From Podarcis bocagei (taxonomy: Eukaryota), in NCBI GenBank assembly GCA_964188305.1, contig OZ076890.1: a stretch of 64,000 nt of DNA, one strand, 5' to 3'. Position numbers and translations under genes: made by a program. Under the pieces are notes generated by a model. The model did not search any database and was not told the origin of the DNA. It saw only the letters and a list, made by a program, of their open reading frames with translations. Positions 48,618 through 60,385 of the stretch are shown piece after piece. Positions within the stretch are counted from its first letter, which is position 1. Each line of letters opens with the position of its first letter.

Positions 48618-48858
48618 CAGTGGTACCTGTATTAAGAACTTAATTCGTTCTGGAGGTCTGTTCTTAACCTGAAACTGTTCCTAACCTGAGGTACCACTTT
48701 AGCTAATGGGGCCTCCTGCTGCTGCTGCATTGCCGCCACCCGATTTTTGTTCTCATCCTGAAGCAAAGTTCTCAGCCCAAGGCACGATTTCTGGGTTAGC
48801 GGAGTCTGTAACCTGAAGCATCTGTAACCTGAAGCGTCTGTAACCCGAGGTACCACTG
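48618..48858 (-). mobile_element. Tigger-like MITE family B, copy 5
   Basis: Same TIR; left flank TG, right flank TA. Confidence 0.92.
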
Positions 48859-49719
48859 TAATTGCACTGCCTTCTGCTAGAGCAAAGATTTAATTGATTA
48901 TAGCCCAACGCCTATAGCTAATCTATGACAGTGGACAGAAGGTTACATCCATGCGCTCACATTTATTACTTGTCAGTGAGCAGAACGTTCCATTTAGCTC
49001 CTTGTCCCTTGCTAACAAGCCAATATGCCAAAGTCGTGGGCTAGAAGCAATGATTTTTATTGGGAGCCACGATGCCCTTAATGGATAAGTACTCAAACAG
49101 GAGTGGCCGCAGGATGAGAAAGTTCAAGTGTGGTGTGATAATGGGTTATGATATAAAGAGCCCTCAGCTTCGTGAGAATTTTATCAGGCTGAAACCATCT
49201 TTCTCCATGCTCGATTTGTCTTGTAATCAAAGCACCCTGAAGGAAGCGCCATGTTTTGTTTCATGCAAATGAAAGAGCGATAATAAGGGTGGGAAGAAGC
49301 AGCCAAAGATGATGCACAGGGTGACTTGATATCTCTTCTCAGAAATTATTGCACTGAGAGTTTCACCTAATCACTGTTTCACTTTTCTCCAGGCCACGCT
49401 GGCTTTTCTTGATTTCTCAGGAAGCCTGTGGAGTTACTTTCTCTGAAAGCATTAGCGATGTGTTGAGTGCCTCACCCTGATGCCACATTACTCATCTATC
49501 ATCCATTGCTTGAGAAAGGGGCAAATTACAGTCCACACATTTCTGTGCTTTCTCAGAAAATAATCACCGCAAGCATTTCAGTTTGACACTGCCAGACAAT
49601 CAAATCAACACATGTGTTGCTGTAAGGTGAGCTGAATCAGCCACATGTTTACAACCATCGCCAAGTAGTTATTTTAGCATTCAGTTAAATAGCCAGCTTG
49701 CAGGGAGCAGGATTGCCTA

Positions 49720-49952
49720 TATTATTATTATTTACACGGGGCGGTTCATAGCATTAAAAATACAAAACGAGAACACAAAATACATAATAAAACAAAAACA
49801 AACCAATAATCCCTCCTCCGATAAGCACATTTACAAGGCCATGGAATGTTAAATCAGCCCAAGACCTGGTTGCAGAGAAAAGTTTTTCCCTGGCACCTAA
49901 ATATATGTAACGAAGGCACCAGGTGAGCCTCCTTGGGGAGAGCATTTCACAA
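49720..49952 (-). mobile_element. L2-type LINE 3' end (different subfamily), decayed
   Basis: Minus-strand DCEMLSPRRLTWCLRYIYLGAREKLF-like end of ORF2, T-rich 3'UTR, (TAA) tail. Confidence 0.55.
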
Positions 49953-51935
49953 TCTTTCCACTGCCTCACCTTTACCACTCCCTGCCCTGGTAAGCAGCAG
50001 AGACTCAGCTGTCAGGAGGTCAGGTGAGCATCAACAGCCCACCATGCCATCTGCTGCTTGTTGGAGGCCTACAAGAATATCCATTGGAGGTACTCTGTTG
50101 CCAGTTTTTCTGTACTGAACAGGAGATGGCCTAGTTTGCCTCATCTGCTTATGGTTCTTCTTTCCCCAGGCTTTGGATTGCTCTGTTAACTACTCATCAA
50201 CTCCTTACAGTGTTCAGTCTCCTGGTTGGCTATTTGACTTTAGAGCAGTGATTTACAGAAGCAGAAACATTTGCTGAAATCAACTGGAATACACACTGAC
50301 ATTTGTCCAAGAGGATTTGGATTCTGAAAAGGCTTAGTCCCGACTCAGTGGTTTTGTGCAGATGTGCCTTAAAAATTTAGAAAAAATAATAATTACTGGA
50401 GCAGTACAATAACGACTTTGCCTACAAGTATTATTTACTCATTTTTGACAATAGAAAATGATCCCTTATTATGATGGGCAACGCATGCATGGAGGGAGAT
50501 TCATTATAGCACTGGGACTTCTGAGGCTGCAAGCGATGCATTGGCTGAGATTAGAGGTGAGGAGATATTTTCAGATGCTGTTTTGGGGCATTTGCAGGGG
50601 GAAGGGCAGACAATTTCTGAAGTTCTAGGGGGAAGGGATTGGGTCAGGAGGGTTGACCATACAAAAAGCCTTGCTGTCTGCATTTTAAATGTTTAGTATG
50701 TAATATTTTTCTTTGTCTTAATAATAGGTTGGAGGGGATTTGCATCAGGAATGGAATGCATAGGGAGAGTCAGTTTAACCCTTCCCCAGCCACAATACAA
50801 TATTAAACCCCATGAGAGCCCAAGGTTCCCATTTGCTCATTCTCATAATAACAATCCCTGGTAATGATATATGAATCAGGCCCTAACATTTTTTAAAAAC
50901 ACTCTGAGATGAATGAGAGTAGAACTATAATCTAGAAAAGATGTTAACACACTTTCATATGTGGGTATGTCCTAAGACTCAAGAGTCATTTAAAACAGGA
51001 CACACCATTGCTTTTAATATCATGATGTGACTGAGTTTTGTTTAAAACAACAACCCAGATCTCATTCTCCCCATCTTGATTATTTACCTTTTTATAGAAT
51101 GAATGGAGTATATAGTTTTATTCATTGTAGTTTTGTTTTCAAGGCTGATTTACTCTAAAAGAAAGAGACCAGCATGCAGTTCCCCGAAGCAAAGACCAAT
51201 ATAATGCATTCACTCTATTGGCTGGCATTTCAGCCACTAAATTAATATTCTTGAAGGAGATTCATCAAGTCCCTAACCTATAATTGGGATTCTGGCCATG
51301 CTGTTGATTAGACAGTGAAAGGAATCAGTCCATGGAGAGAGACAACTTTTCATTTCAAATCCAATCAGGGAGAGCAAACATAATTCTAACAGAGTTTCTG
51401 CAGTAGATAGATACGGTTATTCGACATGTAAATGGAATAAAGAGGCCGGAAACATGATAGCCCCAGAATGGTTAATTTCAGTGCCCCAGAACTCCCACTT
51501 GGGGCATCGTTTTTCTTACATGTTAAACTATAAGTCAAAAGTGAATTCTTGATGAGTCCTTAGGCTGCATTTGCCTAGAAAATAATAGCTTGTCTTTTCT
51601 GAATTTGCATTCCTGCCAGACTTGAGAACTACATATATGATGAAGTGAAGGCCACAGTTACGTCTATAGTTGGAGCGCACTGAGAAATCTGAGAACGGTA
51701 ATGTAGTTTTAGGCACAAAATGTTTTTATCTGTCTGGTGACAAGGTGGGTTTTTATGAGCAGTGGAGACAAATAGCAGAGGTCCAATGTGAGTTCCATGC
51801 TGATGGTATATTTTTAAAAGGCTGTGAATAATCCAGGATTGTAATAATTTTTGAGCGTCTGTGGGTTAAACCAGTGTTTCCCAACCGGTGTTCCGCGGCA
51901 CACTAGTGTGCCGCGGAACGTTGCCTTGTGTTCCT

Positions 51936-52563
51936 TGGGAGGGAGGCGGGCGAGTCGGGCGGCGAGAGGCGGGGTGGCGGCGGCGAGCACACGCGGGGCG
52001 GCGAGCGAGCTCCCTCCCACATCCCATCGCCGCTTGCTTCGGCCGGCCTACTGGAGGAAGGCGCGAAAACCTCGCGCATGCGCAGGCCTTCCGCCTGCGA
52101 CAGCCCAGTAGGCCAGCCGAAGCGAGCGGCGATGGGATGCGGGAGGGAGCTCGCTCGCCGCCCCGCGTGTGCTCGCCGCCCGACTCGCCCGCCTCCCTCC
52201 CACAGCACACCAGCCTACCTCCGTGGGAGGGAGGCGGGCGAGTTGGGCGGCGAGAGGCGGGGCGGCGGCGGCGAGCACACGCAGGGCGGCGAGCTCCCTC
52301 CCTCCCACATCCCATCGCCGCTCGCTTCGGCCGGCCTACTGGAGGAAGGCGCGAAAACCTCGCGCATGCGCAGGCCTTCCGCCTGCGACAGCCCAGTAGG
52401 CCGGCTGAAGCGAGCGGCGATGGGATGCGGAAGGGAGCTCGCTCGCTGCCCCGCGTGTGCTCGCCGCCCGACTCGCCCGCCTCCCTCCCACGGCACACCA
52501 GCCTACCTCCGTGGGAGGGAGGCGGGCGAGTCGGGCAGCGAGAGGCGGGGCGGCGGCGGCGAG
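51936..52563. repeat. 288-bp GC-rich tandem array (~2.2 units), each unit a ~95-bp-stem hairpin
   Basis: Unit starts 51936, 52224, 52512; arms TGGGAGGGAGGCGGGCGAG...CCTACTGG / CCAGTAGG...CTCGCCCGCCTCCCTCCCA. Confidence 0.95.
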
Positions 52564-53093
52564 GAGAGGCCGCCCAGCGCGGGGCTCTCGCCGTCTGCCT
52601 GCCTGGCTGCCTGCGAGCTCGGCGGGCAGCGCTTCCGTCCACAGCGCCCGCCTCGCGGCTCTCATTCCCTGCCCCTGCCAAAGCTCACCCAGCCAAGCCG
52701 CGCTCTCCTTCCTGCCTCGCTTTGCTGCCTCCTCCCCCCCACCCCCAAAGCTTGGAGGTTCCTCGGCAGGAAGGAGGGAACTTAATCCTCTCCAAGGGCT
52801 GCAGAAAACAGACATGCAAATGGGGGCTTGCCAGCTCTTCAAGCGCCGCTGGCTTTCTTCGGGAATTACCGCCCGCCGAGTCCGGTAACGCTGACAGGCC
52901 GAGCCGCGGGGCTTGGCAGCACAGCCGGCAGAGTGTGGGAAAGGGCGGCCGCCACGCGCCGGGCAAGGCGAGACTCGACGGGGAGGACACCGGCAGCAGC
53001 GCCCCCCCCCCCAGAAACCCGCTCCAGGCAGGTAATTCACAGAGAGTGGACAGAAGGAAGCCTTAAAGGGCTTCAGCCTCCCAGAGTGGCGGG

Positions 53094-53094
<1 letters not shown>

Positions 53095-53147
<53 letters not shown>
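53095..53147. repeat. (AAT)n microsatellite inside the hAT element, preceded by an L2 3'UTR-like stub
   Basis: CCCAGAGTGGCGGGGA then (AAT)n. Confidence 0.85.
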
Positions 53148-53150
<3 letters not shown>

Positions 53151-53598
53151 TAAATAAAATAAAATTGACAGGTGGTGTTTTTCTAGGTGAGGGGGTGGGG
53201 ACTGTAATAACAAAAAAATCAGCTGTATATCAACCACTGTTTTGCAATGAGGAATTGCAAATAAGGAAGATCAAAAGGAGAATGTTTTTTTTGGGGGGGA
53301 CTCTCTTCCTCTTCCTCCTCCTCCTCTCATTCTTGCTCCTCTTCCTGGCAAAAGGGCTGCTGAGACCCCTTCTCTCTTGGGTGCCGGTGGGTGCTGTGAC
53401 GTTGACGCTGCTGTGGCAAGTGCCTTTACTTAGCAGAGTGCATTCCCCTTTACACAGGAGGGGAGGGAAAAAAATTGAAACTTACACTTCCGTGCGTCCC
53501 CTCCCGGCGCGACGTCACGGGGCTGTAATGGTGGTGTGCCTCGAGATTTTTTTCATCAAACAAGTGTGCCTTTGCCCCAAAAAGGTTGGGAAACACTG

Positions 53599-53927
53599 GG
53601 TTAAACCACAGAGCCTAGGACTTGCCAATCAGAAGGTCGGTGGTTCGAATCCCCGCGACGGTGTGAGCTCCCGTTGCTCGGTCCCTGCTCCTGCCAACCT
53701 AGCAGTTTGAAAGCATGAAGTGAAAGTAGATAAATAGGTACCGCTCCAGTGGGAAGGTAAATGGCGTTTCCGTGTGCTGCTCTGGTTCGCCAGAAGCGGC
53801 TTAGTCATGCTGGCCACATGACCCGGAAGCTGCACGCCGGCTCCCTTGGCCAATAAAGCGAGACGAGCACCGCAACCGCAGAGTCGGTCACGACTGGACC
53901 TAATGGTCAGGGGTCTCTTTACCTTTA
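53599..53927 (+). mobile_element. Sauria SINE whose 5' head (51859-51871) was displaced by the hAT insertion
   Basis: Removing the hAT and one TSD restores CTGTGGGTTAAACCACAGAGCCTAGG, near-identical to the head of the 30473 copy; tail CTTTACCTTTA. Confidence 0.95.
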
Positions 53928-53948
53928 TCTGTAGTAATGTAATACATT

Positions 53949-54279
53949 GGGGTGTAGAACCTCAGGCCAAATGTCCTCCAATTGTTCGGCCTTTGTGATT
54001 CTCCCTAGGTCCCCTTCTCTAGGCACACCCATCTCTCTAGGGAACATCCTTCACTGACCCTGTTCCATCCTTCCTCCTTTTGACTAACTATAATGTTTGC
54101 ATAGATATAGAGACGTCTGCCTTTTGCATGGCTGGAAAAGTACAATTCACACTCATTGCTCCACTTGCCTTTATTTCTGGTCCCACCAACTTTTACCTGT
54201 GGCTCTGTCTAACACTGGTGTGCTCCACCCACCAAAGGCTGACCCTGAGGAAATGCTGAAAAAAGATTCCTCGCCCCTG
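53949..54279. mobile_element. Decayed hAT-Charlie-like MITE
   Basis: GGGGTGTAGAACCT / AGATTCCTCGCCCCTG ends; a similar right end occurs near 36550. Confidence 0.4.
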
Positions 54280-55097
54280 GTTTTCATCTTCATGGCTCAC
54301 AAACAGGTGAATAGATTGCAGTCCTTTATATCATAGGCTGACCAGGCAAGCTGTGGCATGGAAACAAACACACTACATGAAATGGAACTTTGTGGGCCCA
54401 GCATCAGTGCAAGGAGTTAATCATCAGCCTTGCAGGGATGCTGGAGCCACAACCTTTTGCTAGTAGTTCCTGCTAACACTGACACCAAGTGCCAGTGAAG
54501 CAAGAGTCCTATGAAACCATCCAAGTCAGCATGAGCACCACAAAGGCCAGGCCCTGTGGGCCTTGGAAGCCCACCAGGATTTTTCATTTTAAGATAAGTT
54601 TTAAATTGTTCTTTAGGGGTGCTACTGAAAAGAGAAGCAATGACCCAGCTGGCTGCGTCAGCTGCCAGGCCTCTGGTTCATGCCACACAATATAACAATA
54701 GTATGTTGATGGCTAGAGGTTTTTTGAAGGGTAGAAGATGGTGAGTGCTGCACAACTGGTCACTCCATGTCTTTCTCCTTTCAGTGTTGGATCCTTGAAA
54801 GCCCGCGGGTATCCTGTCTAGGCTGGCATAACTCTCTCTCCTCCCTTTTAAGGAGCACTGAAAGGACGACCACAACCCACATACGAGTGGCTCCAAACCC
54901 ACCATTAGGTAGGGTAAGGCAGCAATCTCAGGTGGCCGATTGAGGACTTACTTGTTATTGTTGTGATGAAAGGGTGCGTTTGGCATTTTCTGTCTCAAGT
55001 AGCAGAACGCTTTGGACTGTCTTTAGTCGAAGATTTTGGACCTGTAAGCAATGCAGGTTGCCTGTCCGTTACCTCCCGAGTGTGTTCAAGATACCTG

Positions 55098-55369
55098 CAG
55101 GGGCATACGAAGTGGGACGTGTGGAGGGGGCAGGTCACCCTGGGTGCCACTCTGGGTGGGTGACAAGATGGCCCCTGCCTCCCCCCAGCTGTAGAGTGGC
55201 CGAGGGCACGCACGGTCTGTACAGCCTGCCTCTTGCATGGTGACTGTATGGGCTGCCGTGTGCGCACACACAAGATGCCGCACATGTGCAGTCCATACGG
55301 GATGCCGCACATGCGCACTCCGTACGCGCTGCCCCACCCTGGGTGCTGGAGAGGGCTCCTCGGCCACTG
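55098..55369. mobile_element. hAT-type MITE, 272 bp
   Basis: CAGGGGC...GCCACTG termini and perfect 8-bp TSD GATACCTG (55090-55097, 55370-55377). Confidence 0.88.
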
Positions 55370-55388
55370 GATACCTGACTGTTCACAT

Positions 55389-55421
<33 letters not shown>

Positions 55422-55454
55422 CCATCCATCCATTTCCAAGTCAAAAGAGCCTGG

Positions 55455-55570
55455 ATATTATCTACTGGATAATGGCACGTAAGTTCTGATCAAGAATGCG
55501 CTTAACATCGGAATATTATCTACTGGATAATGGCACGTAAGTTCTGATCAAGAATGCGCTTAACATCGGA
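55455..55570. repeat. Perfect 58-bp tandem duplication
   Basis: ATATTATCTACTGGATAATGGCACGTAAGTTCTGATCAAGAATGCGCTTAACATCGGA x2. Confidence 0.97.
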
Positions 55571-55989
55571 GATTTCAATTACTGTCAAAAGGAATTTGGA
55601 GTGGTAAAGAACGAAAGACTGAAATGTCAATATTTATTTATTTGACCCAGGTGGTAACTACAGAATGCATCATCAGCATTAGAGAAAGGGGATGTGAGAT
55701 GTAAGCTAAAGGAGGATGAGAAGTTCATTTGCATGGCGAGGAAAAGGAGCGTGCAGGGTGAAAGAGATCATGTGGAGATTACAAATTTCGCAAGTCCTGG
55801 ATGCCTGGGACACAATGCAGCAGCGGCCAAGGTTTTACTGAAGACTGACATCTTCTTTTCATGGATAGAACAGCTTGGGACCCGAATGCCTAAAAGATCG
55901 TTTCTCCTCTTATATACCCAATTGCAGTAGAGTACAGGCACTCTCTCATCCAGAGGCATGTTTATGGTATAAGTTGTGTCACCCAGCAT

Positions 55990-56314
55990 TTGGAACTCTC
56001 TCCAGGTACCTATCACACAGAGGCTGTTTCTATTTTCCTTTGGGCACCTATTGAGATCCTCCCTTTTTCAACCAGCCTTTTAAGTGGAGATCTTTATTCC
56101 GGTCTGTGCCTGCACTGAATCTGAAGTTGCTTTTTCATCTGGAATCGTTTTAAATTGTTTTTACATAGGAAAGTGGTTTTTTACAGGGTGTTTTTTTATT
56201 TATTTAATGAAATGGTGCAATTGTTTTTGCCACTGATGTTTTTATTGTGAAATCGCTTCAAGATAGTTTATGAGAAGCGACTCACAAATGGAAGTAAATA
56301 AGCAAATAAATAAA
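55990..56314 (+). mobile_element. Decayed L2-type 3' end
   Basis: TTGGAACTCTCTCC (WNSL) motif, T-rich UTR, TCGCTTC..GAAGCGA terminal stem, (TAAA)n tail. Confidence 0.55.
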
Positions 56315-57016
56315 ACAGATGCCTGCGACATTCACATAACCATATCGGTTACCGCCTTCACTGTTGGAGTTGACCCATTAGCTCGGAGGCCTGTGAAAAT
56401 ACAATATTCCATGTAGTTTTGGCAAGTAGATTTTTTGAGCAATGTTTATAGCGAACATAATTTGGAAGGTGCCGAGTATTCCTATGTCATTACAAAACAT
56501 TTCTGTATCTGTCTCAATAAGAGGAATCATTTAAAATGAAAAGTGCTGAGGTTTTAAGCATCTACCTGCTCTAAGAATCCATCATTGAAGCACATAACTC
56601 TTCTCATGAAGCCGTTAGATGGGGAGCTCAGATCTGTTACATGACTTTTCAGTCCATTCCAGAGGAATTATTTCCTCCCGGTTTATTTGCACAGAGTTGC
56701 CCGTGTCCTCCTGATTCAACATGTATTTATAAATTGCTACAAATCTATTTTTAACTCCAGTGTGAATAAAGTATAGCACCTGCATTGCATAAATTTGTCA
56801 CAAAGAATCAGTGCAGAAATAAGCATCTCTCCTCTTCTGACATCACCATAAATGTATTTCATGTCTTTGGCAGGTAGTAAATTCAGTGCAAACTAAATTA
56901 TCTGTCCCTTCCATAGCAGGTTTCTACACAACAAATCTCTATTGTTAGAGGACAATTAGTCCCATCTTTGAGGCTGATTATCTTATGTCAGGGATTGGAT
57001 GTGCCTTTTCAATATA

Positions 57017-57656
57017 CCGTATTTTTCGCTCTATAACACGCACCTGACCATAACACGCACATCGTTTTTAGAGGAGGAAAACAAGGGAAAAAATATTCTG
57101 AATGAAACAGTGGATGTATCATTTTTGTGCTTCATGCTGTGGCCACAGACATGTGATCTGATGGTGAATTTGGGGTGACCCAATGCAAAAATCCTGAGAA
57201 TCCCTGTGGATCCATGCTTTGTAACCACGTTTTTGCACCATTGCAGCCCCAGGCAACAGTGGGTGCGTGATTTTTTTTGGGGGGGCAGGCTGTAGCCATG
57301 GACATGCTATGTGCTCTGATGGTGAATTTTGGCTGACCCAATGCAAAGATCCTGAGGATCCATGTGGATCCATGCTTTGTAACCACGTTTTTGCACCATT
57401 GCAGCCCCAGGCAACAATGGGTGTGTGATTTTGGGGGGGCAGGCTGTAGCCATGGACATGCTGTGTGCTCTGATGGTGAATTTGGGGTGACCCAATGCAA
57501 AGATCCTGAGGATCCATGTGGATCCATGCTTTGTAACCACATTTTAAGTGGGGAGGGAAGGAAAAACACAGAAGGCTAAGAATGCAGGAGAGGGCTATAA
57601 CGTGAGGAAAGGAAGGCAAAAGTTTCCCCCCACCCACCCACACAAGCCAGCCAGCG

Positions 57657-57699
<43 letters not shown>

Positions 57700-58301
57700 C
57701 CTCTCCCTCCCACCAGCATGACAGAAGAAAGCATTTTAACTGCATTAAGAACTATTTAGCAGCGAAACCTAAGCTTTGCCATCCCTTAAGAGGTACAGAC
57801 ACTGTAATCTTCCAGATCGCATGAATTTACAGGCAAAACACTGTTTAAGGATTTCATCCTTTTAAATGGAAGAAAGCATATTTGAATGCTGTGTGTCTCC
57901 AAAAACAAAAAGCAGGAAGTCAAATCAGAATTTTAAGCCGAACCTGTAATCTCTCTTCCCTTCACAAACATTGTTCCCTCCGGAGCAGGGAGAGGATAGA
58001 AGAAGGGACGCTCCTTTCCTTTCCTCTCTTCTTGCCTGGAGGGGAGGGGCTTTCCCTGCTCTTTGTTCCGTTTGAGCAAACACAGTAACGAAACAGAGAG
58101 GGTGGGCAGTAAGACCCTGAGGCAGAATGCAGGAATGCTGCCACTTCCTCTCTCACGGAGCTCCCTTCTCCCTGAAGCGCGGTTTGATTTTTGCCTCATT
58201 TTTCGGCTCCAGGGACCACACATTCGCTGCATAACACGCACAGACATTTCCCCTTCCTTTTTAGGAGAAAAAATCTGCGTGTTATAGAGCGAAAAATACG
58301 G
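57017..58301. mobile_element. TcMar-Tc2-like non-autonomous DNA transposon, 1285 bp (second family)
   Basis: TIR CCGTATTTTTCGCTCTATAACACGCA, TA TSD, duplicated CATAACACGCAC subterminal motif. Confidence 0.92.
57157..57540. repeat. ~156-bp tandem repeat (~2.5 units) inside the Tc2-like element
   Basis: Unit starts TCTGATGGTGAATTT at 57157, 57315, 57469. Confidence 0.92.
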
Positions 58302-58476
58302 TACCTGATCTACGTAGTACACATTGATAGGCTGAATGATACAGCCCAAAGAGCTTTGTAGTCAGCTTCTCCTTCTCTATTACTTGCTCCCACCTCCCAC
58401 ATCTGCCAACAGCACAGGGCCCAAGAAAGCCCTGGGCAAGGCACAATTCAATGTCATCATTATTATATAAATATAT

Positions 58477-58797
58477 CTGAAGGAGCGTCTCCACCCCCAT
58501 CATTCAACCCGGACACTGAGGTCCAGCGCCGAGGGCCTTCTGGCAGTTTCCTCACTGTGAGAAGCCAAGTTTAAGAGAACCAGGCAGAGGGCCTTCTCAG
58601 TCGTGGCACCCGCCCTGTGGAACGCCCTCCCACCAGATGTCAAATAGAACAACAACTACCAGACTTTTAGAAGACATCTGAAGGCAGCCCAGTTTAGGGA
58701 AGCTTTTAATATATGATGCGTTACTGTATTTTAATATTTTGCTGGAAGCCGTCCAGAGTGGCTGGGGAAGCCCAGCCAGATGGGCGGGGTATAAATA

Positions 58798-58861
<64 letters not shown>

Positions 58862-58862
58862 T
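58477..58862 (+). mobile_element. L2-type LINE 3' end with (TTA)n tail
   Basis: Encodes LKERLHPH..RTLRSS..QRAFSVVAPALWNALPPDVK..TFRRHLKAA; shared 3'UTR. Confidence 0.9.
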
Positions 58863-59705
58863 TACATATTTTGACTATTGTTGGTCTGAGAATGCCATGC
58901 TTGGCAGTGTCCTGTGCCTAGGTCTCACATTGGGCTAGATTCAGTAAAATGCCATCTCACAGAGAGCAATTTCATGGAGATGGAGATAAACTATTTTTGG
59001 TAGTCCAGCCTTTATTTATTCGGTGATTATGATGTCATCCTTTATTGAAAACCCCCAAAACATACAGTTTAACATAACTGTCATGGATGAAGATGCCACA
59101 GTTCACGCAGGAGGCTGGCCGGGGGGGGGGGGGGGAGGGACGGGACATTTTGGAAAATGGTTTCTGCAGATTTATGGCAACCTGGATGTCTACCCCCTTT
59201 TCCTATTCCAAATGTCGTCTCCCATGTCAACTAAGTGGAAAGTGCTGTCAGTCATGACTTTCCAAAGGAAGTCAATTACAGAGAGGAGTCTAACTGAGCT
59301 TGGGAGATAAATTGGTTTCTCCAAACCCAATTATGCATCTCACAAAGGTGGGTGGAGACGTCTGCCCCATCACGACTTCAAATTGAAAAGGATTTCTGGG
59401 AGCAGTGTTTGAAAAGCAATGTTCTGCTTGTCTGAGAGCTGCTCACAAGTGGAGGTTTCTGCAGACACTGCTCTGCGTGAGGTCGGCAACAGGCAGAGCT
59501 AACGCAGTGTAGCAGGGGTGGAACTCCAGCTTGTGAAGGTGAGTACCCTACATGTAAGCTTTATCTTATTATGGGCTAATCCCTGCCCCAGGTGTTCTCT
59601 TGATGCATGTTTGCAGGTGGGGAGTCTTTGTTTTCCTTTGGGAATCAGGAACTTTTAATAACATCCAATAAAAATGCACTAAAGGCTGAAGAGGCAGCAT
59701 CCTGA

Positions 59706-59941
59706 ATTTTCTAAGAAAGAGACCTTTATCTAACCCGGTTTTCAAAGCAATGTACATTGTTGAATCAAATAACTGCTCAAAGCGGATGCTTTAAAGTTCT
59801 CCAATAAGTGGAAGGCAGGAATCCTTTATTCATAACTGAATTAGTGCTTGGGGGTGTAAGATAAAGTTTCCAACCAAATGAATCAACCAGTTAACACTGG
59901 GGGGGGGGGGCTATATCTCTTCTGTATACAATACTTTAAGA
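59706..59941 (+). repeat. Left arm of long inverted repeat
   Basis: Aligns to the reverse complement of 61487-61719, roughly 85% identity by eye. Confidence 0.93.
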
Positions 59942-60265
59942 TACACACACTTCTAAGCAGAGTTATGCGAAGGGTGATGGAGAGAAAGAAAAATAAATGT
60001 GGGCTGCCCTTTTTAGAGAGAAAGAAGAGGAGAACCTATCTCTTTATCTGTCCCATGCAGGGACTCTATTTGGGTTGTATGAATACATGAATACCTCCGC
60101 CATAGTATTTATTATATATTAAATTTCTCAACAACCCTGTGTGGTAGGTTAGGCTGAGAGTGCTAAATATTAAGACTGCACATATCACTGAGAGGTTGTT
60201 ATGATATATGGATAGTTCTTTCTCATTTTCAAATCCTTGCAAGGGTGCTGCTATAAGCTAAGAAG

Positions 60266-60385
60266 GGTGTCCTCCAGATGTTGTTGGAGTCCATCTCCCA
60301 TCATCTCATCAGATGCCCAATAGACAGGGATGATGGAAGTTGTAGTCTGGCAACATCTGAAGGGCCACAACTGTCACCCATCCCT
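60266..60385. mobile_element. Short hAT-type palindromic MITE (family C)
   Basis: CCTCCAGATGTTG...CAACATCTGAAGGGCCACAACTGTCACCCATCCCTG. Confidence 0.65.

Larger units (their letters stand above)
51872..53598. mobile_element. hAT (Charlie-like) non-autonomous DNA transposon, 1727 bp
   Basis: Perfect 15-bp TIR CAGTGTTTCCCAACC, perfect 8-bp TSD GGTTAAAC (51864-51871, 53599-53606), subterminal palindrome GGCACACTAGTGTGCC; no transposase. Confidence 0.95.

Noticed and set aside
51866-53066. 392-aa, 285-aa and 271-aa overlapping ORFs on both strands
   Set aside because: Stop-poor GC-rich palindromic repeats inside a hAT shell; Arg/Ala/Pro/Gly low complexity, no transposase or other domain
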